Assembly: GCA_044224875.1 (NCBI GenBank)
Contig: JBGAJQ010000004.1
Span: 64,001-128,000, forward strand
Source of the DNA: Gemmatimonadaceae bacterium
GTDB taxonomy: Bacteria; Gemmatimonadota; Gemmatimonadetes; Gemmatimonadales; Gemmatimonadaceae
Direction: 5' to 3'
Length of the DNA: 64,000 bases
Made by a program: the position numbers and the translations under genes. A model generated the notes under the pieces. The model searched no databases. It worked only from the letters and a program-made list of their open reading frames with translations, and was not told the DNA's origin. Numbering within the stretch: position 1 is the first letter of the stretch; every line of letters begins with the position of its first letter. This document shows, one piece after another, positions 1 through 12,175 of this stretch.

Positions 1-1
1 G

Positions 2-1933
<1,932 letters not shown>

Positions 1934-1981
1934 CGCGCAGCGCGTCGTGCGCCGGCGGCTCACCTCCCCGGTGCACGACGT

Positions 1982-3379
1982 TCACTTGCGAACGTGACGT
2001 GCCGCGGCGTCAATAATCGCCTGCGCCGATCGCTCGGCGTCGTCACGAGTCGTCGCCCACGATGACACACTGATACGCATGGCCGCTCGCCCCTGCCACC
2101 GCGTGCCGCCACACCAGCAGGTGCCATCGGATTGAACCGCCGCAATCACCGCGGCGGTCGTCGCGTCGTCGCCAACGTCGACCAGCACCTGATTGAGCTC
2201 CACATCGTTCAAGATCGAGAGCCCGGCGGCGGCCAGCCGATCGGCGATCAACGCGGCCATGTCGCAACAACTGCGTACAAGGGCGGCGAGCCCGTCCCGG
2301 CCAAGGAATCGATAGGCAGCCCAGACGTCAAAGGACCTCGCGCGACGCGAGCCATCGGGCGAATGGTGCATCGGGTCGTAGATGCCCGACGGTGGCAGGT
2401 ACGCGGCGGAGAAGGCCATCGCCGCACGCAAGGCCCGCTCGTCGCGCACCAGGGCGATGCCGCAGTCGTACGGCACGTTCAGCATCTTGTGCCCATCGGT
2501 CGCCCAGGAGTCCGCCAGCTCATACCCGGCGGCCAAGTGAGCGCGCCCCGGTTCGGCCCGCGCCCAAATGCCAAACGCTCCATCCACATGGATCCAGGCG
2601 CCCACGCGGCTTCGCCACTCGGCCATTGCCGCCACTGGGTCGAACGCACCGGTGTTGACGTTGCCTGCCTGCACACACAGGATCACCGGGCCCGAAACCG
2701 CCGGGAGCCGGTCGGGGCGCATCCGCCCTTGTCCATCCACCGGCACACGGACGACCCGGTCACGCCCCAGGCCAATGAAGCCTAACGTGCGGACGACGGC
2801 CGTGTGAACTTCTTCACCGACCACGACGGTGATTGGCGGTGCCCCGAAGAGCCCGTCAGCTTCCACGTTCCAGCCCGCGCGTTCGAGGACAGCATGCCGG
2901 GCCGCGAGGAGCCCCGTGAGATTCGCCATCGAGGCGCCGCCTACCAGTGCCCCCGTGGTCGCTGGCAGGTCGAGCGCCTCGGCGGTCCACCGAAGCACCT
3001 GTTCCTCCAGCGTGGCGCCCGCCGGTGACATCACATGAAGCGCCACATTCTGGTTCCAGGCCGACGCCAGCCAGTTGGCGGCGAGTGTCACGGGGAGCGA
3101 GCTGCCATTGACGAATCCGAAGTAGCGGCCCCCCGCCATGGCCACGGTGGCTGGTCCGGCGACGGCGTCGAGCTGCGCCAGGACCTCGTGCGCGGGCAGG
3201 CCGTCCTGAGGCAAGGGGCCGCCTAACGACGTGAGGCGCGCCACGGCGTCGGCTGGCGGCGCAACTGAACGGTCGTTGACGTGCTCGCGGTACTGGATGC
3301 CACGTTCGGCGGCGTCAAGCAGCAAGGCCCGCCATGCGGCCGCGGTGGGGGCGATCGCTTCCCCAAGAGGAGCAGTCAT
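1982..3379 (-). CDS. PLP-dependent group II amino-acid decarboxylase
   Basis: WIHVDGAFG, DSWATDGHKMLNVPYDCG (PLP lysine), RYFGFVNG, AMRISVSSWAT. Start placed at MTAPLG (3379); the ORF extends to 3427. Confidence 0.9.
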   Translation of the reverse strand: MTAPLGEAIAPTAAAWRALLLDAAERGIQYREHVNDRSVAPPADAVARLTSLGGPLPQDGLPAHEVLAQLDAVAGPATVAMAGGRYFGFVNGSSLPVTLAANWLASAWNQNVALHVMSPAGATLEEQVLRWTAEALDLPATTGALVGGASMANLTGLLAARHAVLERAGWNVEADGLFGAPPITVVVGEEVHTAVVRTLGFIGLGRDRVVRVPVDGQGRMRPDRLPAVSGPVILCVQAGNVNTGAFDPVAAMAEWRSRVGAWIHVDGAFGIWARAEPGRAHLAAGYELADSWATDGHKMLNVPYDCGIALVRDERALRAAMAFSAAYLPPSGIYDPMHHSPDGSRRARSFDVWAAYRFLGRDGLAALVRSCCDMAALIADRLAAAGLSILNDVELNQVLVDVGDDATTAAVIAAVQSDGTCWCGGTRWQGRAAMRISVSSWATTRDDAERSAQAIIDAAARHVRK

Positions 3380-3460
3380 ATCAGGTCCATGTGACAGGTT
3401 CAAGACACGGGGGCGTGCGCACGACAACGGCCAAACATCCCAGTTGCCGCTGACGAGCCA

Positions 3461-5869
3461 CTAGAGTGTCGCCTGGGAGTCGCGATCGCTCGCGACAAGG
3501 GGCGGGCCCAAGCGCATGCGCTCCAACACGGCGGCAAACCGAGGGTCGCGCCACGCCTTCATGAAAAACGGGTTGCTGCGCATGCTGTGCATCAAATCGG
3601 CCCGTTCATCCACGCCGCGGTTCAGCCAGGCGTACATCTGTTCCTGGTCGCCCAGCAACAGATAGAAGAGCGCCATCCACAGCGGGGTCACGTCAGGCGA
3701 CCGGACGCGCTCCCTCGCGAACGTCCGCGCTTCCTCCAGCCGCCCGACCCCGTGGTACACGATGGCCAAGAGCCCGCGAAAGGCCGGCGCGTTCTGGCTG
3801 GCGGCGTAGGTCTCCTCGGCCAGACGCACCGCGTCGTCAAACCTCCCGAGGTCCACATACGCCTTGGACAGCCAGAAGAAGTGCCCGTGGAGGACACCGG
3901 GCTCCATCGCCATGGCGCGCTCGAGCGTGACGGCCGCCTGTTCATGCCGACGGGCGAACGAGTACGCCATCCCCAGTCGCACGGTTGCCGCGATGGACAG
4001 CGGATCGAGCGCGGCCCCCTGCAGGGCCAAGGCGATCGCCTCCTCATGACGCGCCATGCTCGAGAGGAAGGAGGAATACCAGAGGCGAGCGGTCGAATAG
4101 CTCGGGTTAAGGCGGATAGCCGTTCGGAACTCCTGCTCGGCGCCCTCCCAGTCCCACTCGTAGTTGAGCCTGACGAGCCCGAGGGACGCATGGCCGTCGG
4201 CGAGGTCGGGGTCGAGGGCGATGGCATGAAGGGCGGCTTCCCGCGCCGCCGGGTACGCCACGTGCGGCGCGGTCGCGCTGGTGGAGGCAAGGAGCGTGTG
4301 AGAGTCCGCCAGCCCCGCGTGGGCCGGCGCATAGCTCGGATCGGCGTCGATCGCTCGTTGAAAGCAGGCCAGGCCTTCGAGCAGGGAGGCCCGCGTCCGC
4401 TTATTCCACGCATAACGACCCAACAGGTACTGATCGTATGCCGTGAGACTTCGGGCGTGGTGTGCGTGCACCGGCGTAACCGTCCCGCTGGCACCGAGGG
4501 CCTCGCGCACAGTCGACGTGATGCGGCGGGTCAGGTTGTCCTGGACCTCGAAGACGTCGGACAAGGTGCGCTCGTACGTCTCCGACCACACCAGCGTATC
4601 GTCAGCGACGCGCGACAACTCCGCGGTGAGCCGCATGCGGTCGCCGGCACGGCGCACGCTCCCGGTGAGGACGTATCCCACGCGAAGGCGCGCCCCGATT
4701 TCCGGAAGCGCCAGCGCCGTGTTGCGGAATGAAAACGCAGAGGTCCGCGAGACGACGCGGAGCTTTGGAAGGCGAGAGATGGCGGCGATGAGCTCGTCCG
4801 TGATGCCGTCACTGAAGAAATCGTTGGCGCTGTCCCCTCCGACGTTCGCAAACGGCAAAATGGCGAGGGCCAGACGCGCGTCGGTGGACTCGGGCGCCGG
4901 CGGTGTGTGCGCGGATCCGCCTAACGCCGCGCGAAGTGCCTCTCCAAAGCTGGCCGTCGTCGACCAGCGATCGGATGCCATCTTCGCCAGGGCACGGTCC
5001 AGCGTAGCGGCGAGCGACGCCGAGACGTCAGGGCGGCGCCCAGTGATGGGGGCCGGCGACTCGGTGATCTGGCGCGCGAGGATCGACCGCGGCGTCCCGA
5101 CGTACGCCGGGCTCCCGGCGAGCATCTCGTACAGTACCAATGCCAGGCTGTACTGGTCGGACGCGGGCTCGATGTGCTCCTCACCGGCCGCCTGTTCAGG
5201 GCTCATGTATCCAGGTGTGCCTAACCAAAATCCGGCCTGGGTCAAACGGTCGCCGTGCGAGCTGGCGAGCGCCGCACCCTGGACAATGGAAGCGATGCCG
5301 AAATCGCAGACGACCGCGTGGCCCCGCCAGAGCATGATGTTTTCGGGCTTGATGTCGCGGTGTACGACCCCTTGGGCGTGCGCATACGCCAAGGCGTCGG
5401 CGACCTCGATCGTCACGCGCAAGGCCTCGTCAATCGGCAATGGCCCGGCAAGCATCATACGATCCCGCAGCGTCTCCCCGTCCACGAACGGCATGACGAA
5501 GTACAGCACGCCCGCGGCGACACCCGAATCGTGCAACGGCAGGATTAGTGGGTGTTGCAGCCGCGCGACCAGCTTGATTTCGCGTTCGAAGCGTTCGGCA
5601 TCCGCGGCAATCTCGGCCTCGGCCCGCAGGAGCTTCAGCGCGACGGGCCGCTCATTGCGCTTGTCATGCGCCAGGAAAACGGTGGCCATGCCGCCGGCGC
5701 CAATCTGACGCTCGAGCGTGAATCGAGGCGACAGCGCGGCAAGGACCTCGGGATCGACGGCGAGGTCGGGTGACGGGAAAGGGGAGGGCGATGAGTGCAC
5801 GTGGGGTGAATGCAAACATCTGCGCGGAACGGGCGCCGTCCAGAGGGCGGCGCGATCTCGATTGCTCAC
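3461..5869 (-). CDS. Ser/Thr protein kinase with TolB_N-like domain and TPR repeats
   Basis: IGAGGMATV, VALK, HRDIKPEN, DFG, GTPGYMSPE; LAILPFANV..FFSDGITDELI module; TPR C-terminus. Start may be GTG at 5800. Confidence 0.93.
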   Translation of the reverse strand: MSNRDRAALWTAPVPRRCLHSPHVHSSPSPFPSPDLAVDPEVLAALSPRFTLERQIGAGGMATVFLAHDKRNERPVALKLLRAEAEIAADAERFEREIKLVARLQHPLILPLHDSGVAAGVLYFVMPFVDGETLRDRMMLAGPLPIDEALRVTIEVADALAYAHAQGVVHRDIKPENIMLWRGHAVVCDFGIASIVQGAALASSHGDRLTQAGFWLGTPGYMSPEQAAGEEHIEPASDQYSLALVLYEMLAGSPAYVGTPRSILARQITESPAPITGRRPDVSASLAATLDRALAKMASDRWSTTASFGEALRAALGGSAHTPPAPESTDARLALAILPFANVGGDSANDFFSDGITDELIAAISRLPKLRVVSRTSAFSFRNTALALPEIGARLRVGYVLTGSVRRAGDRMRLTAELSRVADDTLVWSETYERTLSDVFEVQDNLTRRITSTVREALGASGTVTPVHAHHARSLTAYDQYLLGRYAWNKRTRASLLEGLACFQRAIDADPSYAPAHAGLADSHTLLASTSATAPHVAYPAAREAALHAIALDPDLADGHASLGLVRLNYEWDWEGAEQEFRTAIRLNPSYSTARLWYSSFLSSMARHEEAIALALQGAALDPLSIAATVRLGMAYSFARRHEQAAVTLERAMAMEPGVLHGHFFWLSKAYVDLGRFDDAVRLAEETYAASQNAPAFRGLLAIVYHGVGRLEEARTFARERVRSPDVTPLWMALFYLLLGDQEQMYAWLNRGVDERADLMHSMRSNPFFMKAWRDPRFAAVLERMRLGPPLVASDRDSQATL

Positions 5870-5870
5870 C

Positions 5871-6656
5871 CTACCGGCCGAGCAGCGTCCGCAACCGCGC
5901 GCTATGCGCCGCGCTGGTCGTCAGCCGCGACCGGTCGCACATCGTGAGCGCGAACTCGCCGTGCGTGTGCGGCTCGATTGACGCAACCCGATCGATATTC
6001 ACGATCGCCGACCGATGCACGCGAACGAACACGGCGGGGTCCAATTTCGTCTCCATGGCCGTCATCGTCTCGCGGAGCAGGTACACGCGACCCTGCACGT
6101 GCAGGCTCACGTAGTTCCCGTCCGCCTCCAGCCAGTCGATGTCCTCCACCCGCACGAATTGCATCTGACGGCCACGGCGAACCGGAAAGCGCGACGGACG
6201 TGGCGTCCCGGAACTCAAGGACCGGAGCGCCTGTGCCAGCGCGCTATCGACCGTCCCCGAGCCGGCCTCCGTTCGCAGACGCTGGAGGGCAACGCGGTCA
6301 CTGGCCGAGGCGAGTGCCTTGTCGAATCGCGCCTGATCGAACGGCTTCAGCAGGTAGTCGAGTGCGCCGACTTCGAAGGCCTTGATCGCATACTCGTCGT
6401 ATGCCGTGACAAACACGACCGCCGGGTGCGGCGCGTCCATCGCACCAAGCGCATCGATCACCTCAAAGCCATTCAACTCCGGCATCTTGATGTCGAGAAA
6501 GACGACGTCGGGGGCTTGAGCAACCAACAGCTCCACCGTAGACGCGCCGTCCTCCGCCTCGCCAACGATCGTGCAGTTCGCGTGTGACGCGAGCATTGCG
6601 CGTAAGCGGGCACGCGCGGGCGGTTCATCGTCGGCAATCAGCACGCGAAGCATCAT
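5871..6656 (-). CDS. LytTR-family response regulator
   Basis: Receiver IADDE, FLDIKMP, FVTAYDEYA, DYLLKPF; LytTR domain IDWLEADGNYV and FVRVHRSAIVN. Confidence 0.96.
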   Translation of the reverse strand: MMLRVLIADDEPPARARLRAMLASHANCTIVGEAEDGASTVELLVAQAPDVVFLDIKMPELNGFEVIDALGAMDAPHPAVVFVTAYDEYAIKAFEVGALDYLLKPFDQARFDKALASASDRVALQRLRTEAGSGTVDSALAQALRSLSSGTPRPSRFPVRRGRQMQFVRVEDIDWLEADGNYVSLHVQGRVYLLRETMTAMETKLDPAVFVRVHRSAIVNIDRVASIEPHTHGEFALTMCDRSRLTTSAAHSARLRTLLGR

Positions 6657-7753
6657 GGCCCCGCCAAGGGAAGCCGAACGGTCACGTTCGTGCCGCCATC
6701 GGGCCGCGCGGCGAGCGCGAGGGATTGACGATCTCCATACAAGTGCTCGAGTCGGCGACGGGTGTTGTTGAGGCCTACCCCCTCGCTGAAGGCTTGGGAG
6801 GTCGTGAGTCCGACACCGTCGTCGCTCACTGTGAGCTCCAACGTGTCGCCGACGATCGCCGCGTGGATGCCAATCTGACCGGCCCCCGCGCGCCGCCCAA
6901 GTCCGTGTTCGAACGCGTTTTCCAGCAACGGTTGGAGCAGGAATTGAGGTACCCTCGCGGCCAACGTCTCCGGCGGGGTGTCGCGGTGCAGGGTAAGACG
7001 CCCGTTGAATCGCGCTTCCATGATGCCGAGGTACTTGTTGGCGAGCGACAACTCGTCAGCTAGTGGAATGGTCTTCGCCGCGTCGTGGTCGAGCGATGAG
7101 CGGAGCAGGTCGGCCAGCTGTACGACGACAAAGTCGGCGGTGGCCGGCGCCGTGTGAATGAGCGACGCCACGCCGTTCAGCGTGTTGAAGAGAAAGTGCG
7201 GCCGCAGCTGGCTCTTGAGGACCTGCAATTCGGCCTCCGACAACTGAGCGCGCAGTTGCAGCGCGAGCTGCTCACGCTGGCGCAAGGTATCTTGCAGCTC
7301 CAACGCATGGATGACCGCCGTCACGCCCCACAGAACAATCAGGTCAAACAGGAAGCTCGAGAGAAAGACACTGGCGAGCGTCAAGTTGGGCGCGAAACCG
7401 ACCAGCCGCGCGATACCGACGAACAGGAAGCACTTGAGCACGACGCAGGCGGTCGTCACCGCGGCGTAAACCGGCAACGTGAAGCTCCGCGGGTGCGCGT
7501 TCAACGGCACGTGGCGCACCAACCAGAAGCACACCGGCGTGAAGATGGCGCAGGTGTACCAGTCGAGTAGGCGTTCCGGTATGACGGATCCCCACGCCAC
7601 CGCTTCGCCACGCCGACTGAGCGCGATGCCGAGCTGCGCGATCGATGCCAGGGCAAACAGCGTCCACGCGCCAAAGATCCACCAACCCCACTGACGGCGG
7701 GGTGGAGCGGGAAGGATCGCAGAGGGCAGGGGCGTGGACACGGCGGTCATCAC
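6653..7753 (-). CDS. LytS-family membrane sensor histidine kinase
   Basis: N-terminal TM helices; LKSQLRPHFLFNTLN H-box; LQPLLENAFEHG; DDGVG and GVGLNN; 4-bp overlap with the LytTR gene. Confidence 0.95.
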   Translation of the reverse strand: MMTAVSTPLPSAILPAPPRRQWGWWIFGAWTLFALASIAQLGIALSRRGEAVAWGSVIPERLLDWYTCAIFTPVCFWLVRHVPLNAHPRSFTLPVYAAVTTACVVLKCFLFVGIARLVGFAPNLTLASVFLSSFLFDLIVLWGVTAVIHALELQDTLRQREQLALQLRAQLSEAELQVLKSQLRPHFLFNTLNGVASLIHTAPATADFVVVQLADLLRSSLDHDAAKTIPLADELSLANKYLGIMEARFNGRLTLHRDTPPETLAARVPQFLLQPLLENAFEHGLGRRAGAGQIGIHAAIVGDTLELTVSDDGVGLTTSQAFSEGVGLNNTRRRLEHLYGDRQSLALAARPDGGTNVTVRLPLAGP

Positions 7754-7792
7754 CTAGCCTACCAAGCGGCATCCGCTCCGGCCAGCGGCGCT

Positions 7793-7820
7793 GGGACGAT
7801 TCAGCCTTGGCGCGTGACGA
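7793..7820. promoter_or_regulatory. Putative LytTR binding box GGGACGA-N14-GTGACGA
   Basis: Direct repeat with 21-bp period, 40 bp upstream of the lytS-like start; identical heptamers and spacing at 23091-23118. Confidence 0.5.
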
Positions 7821-7871
7821 GCGTTGAAGCGGGCAAAGGTCCAACGTCACTCGTGTTTCGCGCGAGAGCGG

Positions 7872-8726
7872 CTAGACCATGACCGAGCGAGCGGCGAGCA
7901 GAGGCGCGGTCAGTTCTTGTGGCCCCTGAACCACCAACCCGTGACGCCGTGTCGGTTCCGTCAGCCCATTGTAGAACAAGCGCCAGAGCGCGTCGGGTGT
8001 TGCGCTGACCACGGCATCCGGCGCAGACGCTTCCCCATGATACAGTCGCCAGGTCTCCACTTCTCGTACGAGCGTCCAGGCGAGCGGATCCGAGCTTGTG
8101 AGGCGCAGCACGATACACGAGCCGCCAGCCGCAACGACGTGCCGGTACGCGTGGGGGAGCACCCGGACGGATGTCTCCAACAGTGGCCGAAGGAACTCAC
8201 GTGCGAGCAGGACTTCCGGCCGATTGCCGCCCACGGCGTCCCGGATCTGCATCTGATGGTGCCAGCGCTCGGTGTACTCACGCGCCGTGTCAAATCGATT
8301 GTCGGAAACCGATTCCCCCGCCCACGCGACGCCGAACAACGCGGGCGCCTCCGGGTCGAGCGACGCGAGAAACGTACTCAGCCATTGGCCCGTGAGGTCG
8401 ACGAGATCGATGAGCAATCGACGACTGAGGCGCTGGCCAAACGCGACACCCGTAGAATTCAACCGGTGGATGAGTGTCAACACGTCGTCGTAGGCGGAGA
8501 CGGGGCCATCGGGCCCGAGTGCGTGACCATCCCGGTGAGCTGCCAGCGTGCGCAGTGCTCCGTCCAGCAGATGGGCGACCACATCACGCACACGCCAACC
8601 GCCAGCAACCGTCGGCAGCTCCCAATCTTCGGGGGCGAGCTCGCGGAGCAGCTGGACGAGTCTGCTATGAAGCGCGGGGAAGAGCGGCGCCGTATCCAAC
8701 GTTGGAAGTGCCATGAGTTCGGTCAT
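7872..8726 (-). CDS. DinB/MDMPI-like (maleylpyruvate isomerase N-terminal) protein
   Basis: DWELPTVAGGWRVRDVVAHLLD and TERWHHQMQIRDA metal-binding His motifs. Confidence 0.8.
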   Translation of the reverse strand: MTELMALPTLDTAPLFPALHSRLVQLLRELAPEDWELPTVAGGWRVRDVVAHLLDGALRTLAAHRDGHALGPDGPVSAYDDVLTLIHRLNSTGVAFGQRLSRRLLIDLVDLTGQWLSTFLASLDPEAPALFGVAWAGESVSDNRFDTAREYTERWHHQMQIRDAVGGNRPEVLLAREFLRPLLETSVRVLPHAYRHVVAAGGSCIVLRLTSSDPLAWTLVREVETWRLYHGEASAPDAVVSATPDALWRLFYNGLTEPTRRHGLVVQGPQELTAPLLAARSVMV

Positions 8727-8879
8727 GGCCGCAACGTCGCCTGCCACGTGTCGCCTGCGCAAGCCTTGGTTCGCCGCACACTTCTGCCCTGCGTGCGGGC
8801 CCAGTAACATATCGCGTCTGGCGTCGCACGTGGTGGCGCTGGCCGAACGTCAACGTGGGTTTCGATCCAAGGGGGTCCT

Positions 8880-11800
8880 GTGAGCTTACTGCACAGACAT
8901 TGGGTGCGGCGTCGCGCGGTGTATGGCACGCTAACGGCGTTAGGGCTGGTCCTATGCGCAACTGGTCGTCGCTTGCAGGCGCAGGCGCAAGCCACCACGG
9001 GCATCGTCCGCGGGACCGTCACGGACTCCAGTGGCGTCGCGTTAAGCAACGCGACGGTGATGCTAAGGAATCAGGAGACGAACGTGTCGCGTACGGTTCG
9101 GACGTCGAGTGCCGGACTCTACGTCGCCACGCTCCTGCCACTCGGCTCGTACGAGGTCACCGTTCGGGCGCTTGGATTCGAACCCACATCGCGCAAGGAC
9201 ATCCAGGTGCGGGTTGGCGTGGTCGTTGAACAGTCCTTTCAGGTTGCCAGGCGGGTGACCGAGCTTGCCGCGGTGCGGATCAGCGATCGATCGGAAGCCC
9301 CGGTCAACGTCAGCCGGACGGAGGCCGCGACGGAGCTGTCGGAACAGGTGGTCCGGGCACTCCCCAACAACGGCCGGAATTTCCTGGCACTGACGCTTCT
9401 CACGCCTAACGTGGCCGTGACTCAGGGGCCGGACGGCGATGTGCTTTCGGTCGCAGGCCAGCGCGGCATCTTCAACAACGTCAGCGTGGACGGAGCCGAC
9501 TTCAACAACCCCTTCTTCGGCGAGCAGCGCGGCGGACAGCGGCCGGCATTCACGTTCAACCTGGATGCCGTGCAAGAGCTGGTAGTGACGAGCCAGGGTG
9601 CCAACGCCGAGTTCGGCCGCTCCGCCGGTGGGTTCGTGAATGCCATCACCAAGAGCGGCACCAACACGCTCAAGGGCACGCTGCACTACTTCGGCAAGTA
9701 CTCGGCCCTGTCCGGACAGCTCAAGCGCAACGGGGTCACACTCGATCCTGACTTCGGCCAGAATCAGTTCGGGTTCACGCTGGGTGGCCCTATCGTGAAG
9801 GACAAGGCGTTCTTCTTCATGGCCTATGATCAGCAGACGTATCAGGACACCAAGCAGAAGGTCCGACCCGCCAGCGCTGCCTTTGATTCCCTGAAGTCCT
9901 TTCTGGGGTCGACCGGAGCGGCGTGGAATGGCGCCCTGACGAACGACTTTGGCCCGATAAAGCGCACCAACGACGCTCAGGTCTTCCTTGCGAAGCTGGA
10001 TTGGCGGCTCAGCGACCGGAATCTGTTGTCCGTCAAGTACAACTTCACCAATTCCGAACAGAAGAACGGCACGTTCGATGTCGACACGTGGGGCGCCAGC
10101 GCAAACGCCATTGAGAAGGACCATTCCCACGCGCTGAGCGGGCAACTCACGTCGCAGCTCTCCAACAGTGTCTCGAACGAGTTCCGCTTCCAGTTCGCCC
10201 GGGAGGACCGCCCGCGTGACTATGACGCCCCCACGCTGCCGAATGGGCGTGATTTCCCGGATATCGCCATGGACTTCGTCAACGCGTTCCGCATTGGACG
10301 CCCGTTCTTCATCCCCGTGGAATACTACGATACGCGCGTTCAACTGCTGAACAACGTGACGTGGGTGAAGGGCAATCACTTGATCAAGGCCGGCGGTGAG
10401 GTCAATGCCGTCAGTTCAAATCAGACGTTCATCGGCTTTGCCAACGGGCGCTTCATATTCTCCAGCGTTACCGGTTTCATCAACTACGCACGGAACGGCA
10501 ACGGCTACGTGGAGTGCTCGAACAACACCACCAGCCTCACGGGCTCTTGCCCGAATGGCGCGTCAATCACCGGTCCGGTGTTGTTGTACCTGCAGCAAGC
10601 CGGGGTCGGCGGGCGGACTGTGGAGGAGTCGGGGACTCAGGACATTCCGCAGACCGATCTGGCGCTCTTCCTTCAGGACACTTGGAAGCCCTCACCACGC
10701 CTGACGATTAACTACGGGATCCGCTGGGAGGGTGAGAAGCAGCCCGATGTCTTGACCGATCCAAGTCAGGTGTTCTTCGCGCCGTTCATTGGGCAGACCG
10801 TGACCAACTCGAAGGGGACCTTCGCCTTTCCGTCGAACGGCAAGATCCCGTCCGACTACGGCATGATCCAACCACGGCTCGGCATCGCGTGGGATGTAAG
10901 GGGGAACGGATCCGAAGTCGTCCGGGTGACCGCCGGTCAGTACAACGCCCGCGTGGCTGCGCTCAACTTTGCATCGGTGCGCAACAACAACGGATCGATC
11001 GGCCAAACGATGTTTCGAAACTCCGCCCTGACGGGGGTGCTGGGCGCACCACCGCGCATCGAGGACCTGCTGCCCGCGCCCGGCGCCAATGACGTGCCCT
11101 TTCAGCCCGGCATCTTTGTCGTCGACAAGAACTTCCGGAATCCCCGCACGTTCTCTACGACGGCAGGATACGAACGAACCATCGGAACGCGAGGTCTCAC
11201 GGGTGCCGTGAGCTACACTTTCGCCCACAGCGACCGGCTCACCCGCTTCGTCGACCGAAATGACGCAGCCTTTGGCAACCCGTGGTCATCGGGACTGCCA
11301 AATGGCAATGGACTCGGTACGCTCACGACCGTGGAAAGCTCGGCGAACAGCATCTACAACGGCATCACGCTCAACCTCGCCAGGCGCAACGCAGAGAACT
11401 GGCTGTTTGATCTGAACTACACGCTGTCGTGGGACAAGTCGGACGATGACAACGAACGCGACCCATTCACCTTTCGTTATGCACGCGCCGACCGGCTTGA
11501 CGCTGAGTGGGGATACAGCGATCGCGACCAGCGGCATCGCTTCAACGGATATCTGCTCAACAAGCTGCCAGGGCGCGTGCTGCTGAACAACCGAGTCACA
11601 TACACGTCAGCGCAGCCGATGTCCGAGTCGTGCGGCGATGGCACGAACGGCACGGTGGCCAACCAGCCCACGGGGCAGCGCGCAACGTCAGGTGCAGCGC
11701 GTCTCTGCCCGAATGGCACCATCCTCGAACGCAACACGCTGCGACGCGACAATGCCTACTTCACGTGGGACCTGCGCCTCTCTCGGGTAATCCCCGTTCG

Positions 11801-11966
11801 GGGGACGCAGTCCGCCGAGGCGATTTTCGAGGTATTCAACGTGCTCGGACGGAACAATTTCCGTGATCCGGCATTCGGGTCGCTGCTCTTCAACTTCGAT
11901 GGCACCATACGGAGCGGACTGGGAGACCCACGCCAGCTTCAACTCGGGATCCGCTACTCGTTCTAG
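8880..11966 (+). CDS. TonB-dependent receptor, Oar-like, with N-terminal carboxypeptidase-regulatory-like domain
   Basis: Signal peptide; GIVRGTVTDSSG, LPNNGRNFLAL, AEFGRSAGGFVNAITKSGTN; C-terminal PRQLQLGIRYSF. Confidence 0.93.
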   Translation: MSLLHRHWVRRRAVYGTLTALGLVLCATGRRLQAQAQATTGIVRGTVTDSSGVALSNATVMLRNQETNVSRTVRTSSAGLYVATLLPLGSYEVTVRALGFEPTSRKDIQVRVGVVVEQSFQVARRVTELAAVRISDRSEAPVNVSRTEAATELSEQVVRALPNNGRNFLALTLLTPNVAVTQGPDGDVLSVAGQRGIFNNVSVDGADFNNPFFGEQRGGQRPAFTFNLDAVQELVVTSQGANAEFGRSAGGFVNAITKSGTNTLKGTLHYFGKYSALSGQLKRNGVTLDPDFGQNQFGFTLGGPIVKDKAFFFMAYDQQTYQDTKQKVRPASAAFDSLKSFLGSTGAAWNGALTNDFGPIKRTNDAQVFLAKLDWRLSDRNLLSVKYNFTNSEQKNGTFDVDTWGASANAIEKDHSHALSGQLTSQLSNSVSNEFRFQFAREDRPRDYDAPTLPNGRDFPDIAMDFVNAFRIGRPFFIPVEYYDTRVQLLNNVTWVKGNHLIKAGGEVNAVSSNQTFIGFANGRFIFSSVTGFINYARNGNGYVECSNNTTSLTGSCPNGASITGPVLLYLQQAGVGGRTVEESGTQDIPQTDLALFLQDTWKPSPRLTINYGIRWEGEKQPDVLTDPSQVFFAPFIGQTVTNSKGTFAFPSNGKIPSDYGMIQPRLGIAWDVRGNGSEVVRVTAGQYNARVAALNFASVRNNNGSIGQTMFRNSALTGVLGAPPRIEDLLPAPGANDVPFQPGIFVVDKNFRNPRTFSTTAGYERTIGTRGLTGAVSYTFAHSDRLTRFVDRNDAAFGNPWSSGLPNGNGLGTLTTVESSANSIYNGITLNLARRNAENWLFDLNYTLSWDKSDDDNERDPFTFRYARADRLDAEWGYSDRDQRHRFNGYLLNKLPGRVLLNNRVTYTSAQPMSESCGDGTNGTVANQPTGQRATSGAARLCPNGTILERNTLRRDNAYFTWDLRLSRVIPVRGTQSAEAIFEVFNVLGRNNFRDPAFGSLLFNFDGTIRSGLGDPRQLQLGIRYSF

Positions 11967-12175
11967 CCAAGTACCTCGCGAAGGCGCTGAACCGATCGGC
12001 GCACGTGGCGACGGCTCGCTGCGTGCGCCGATTTTCCACCATGGGGGACCTTCCGCCGAGCGGGACCGTTCCGCACTTTGGCGGTTGGTCGCCCCGAGAA
12101 TCACTTCTCCCATGACCGTAGCCGCCAGCCCGAGGTGACGGAGCAGATGGTACGCCGGCTCAATCCGTATCTGCG

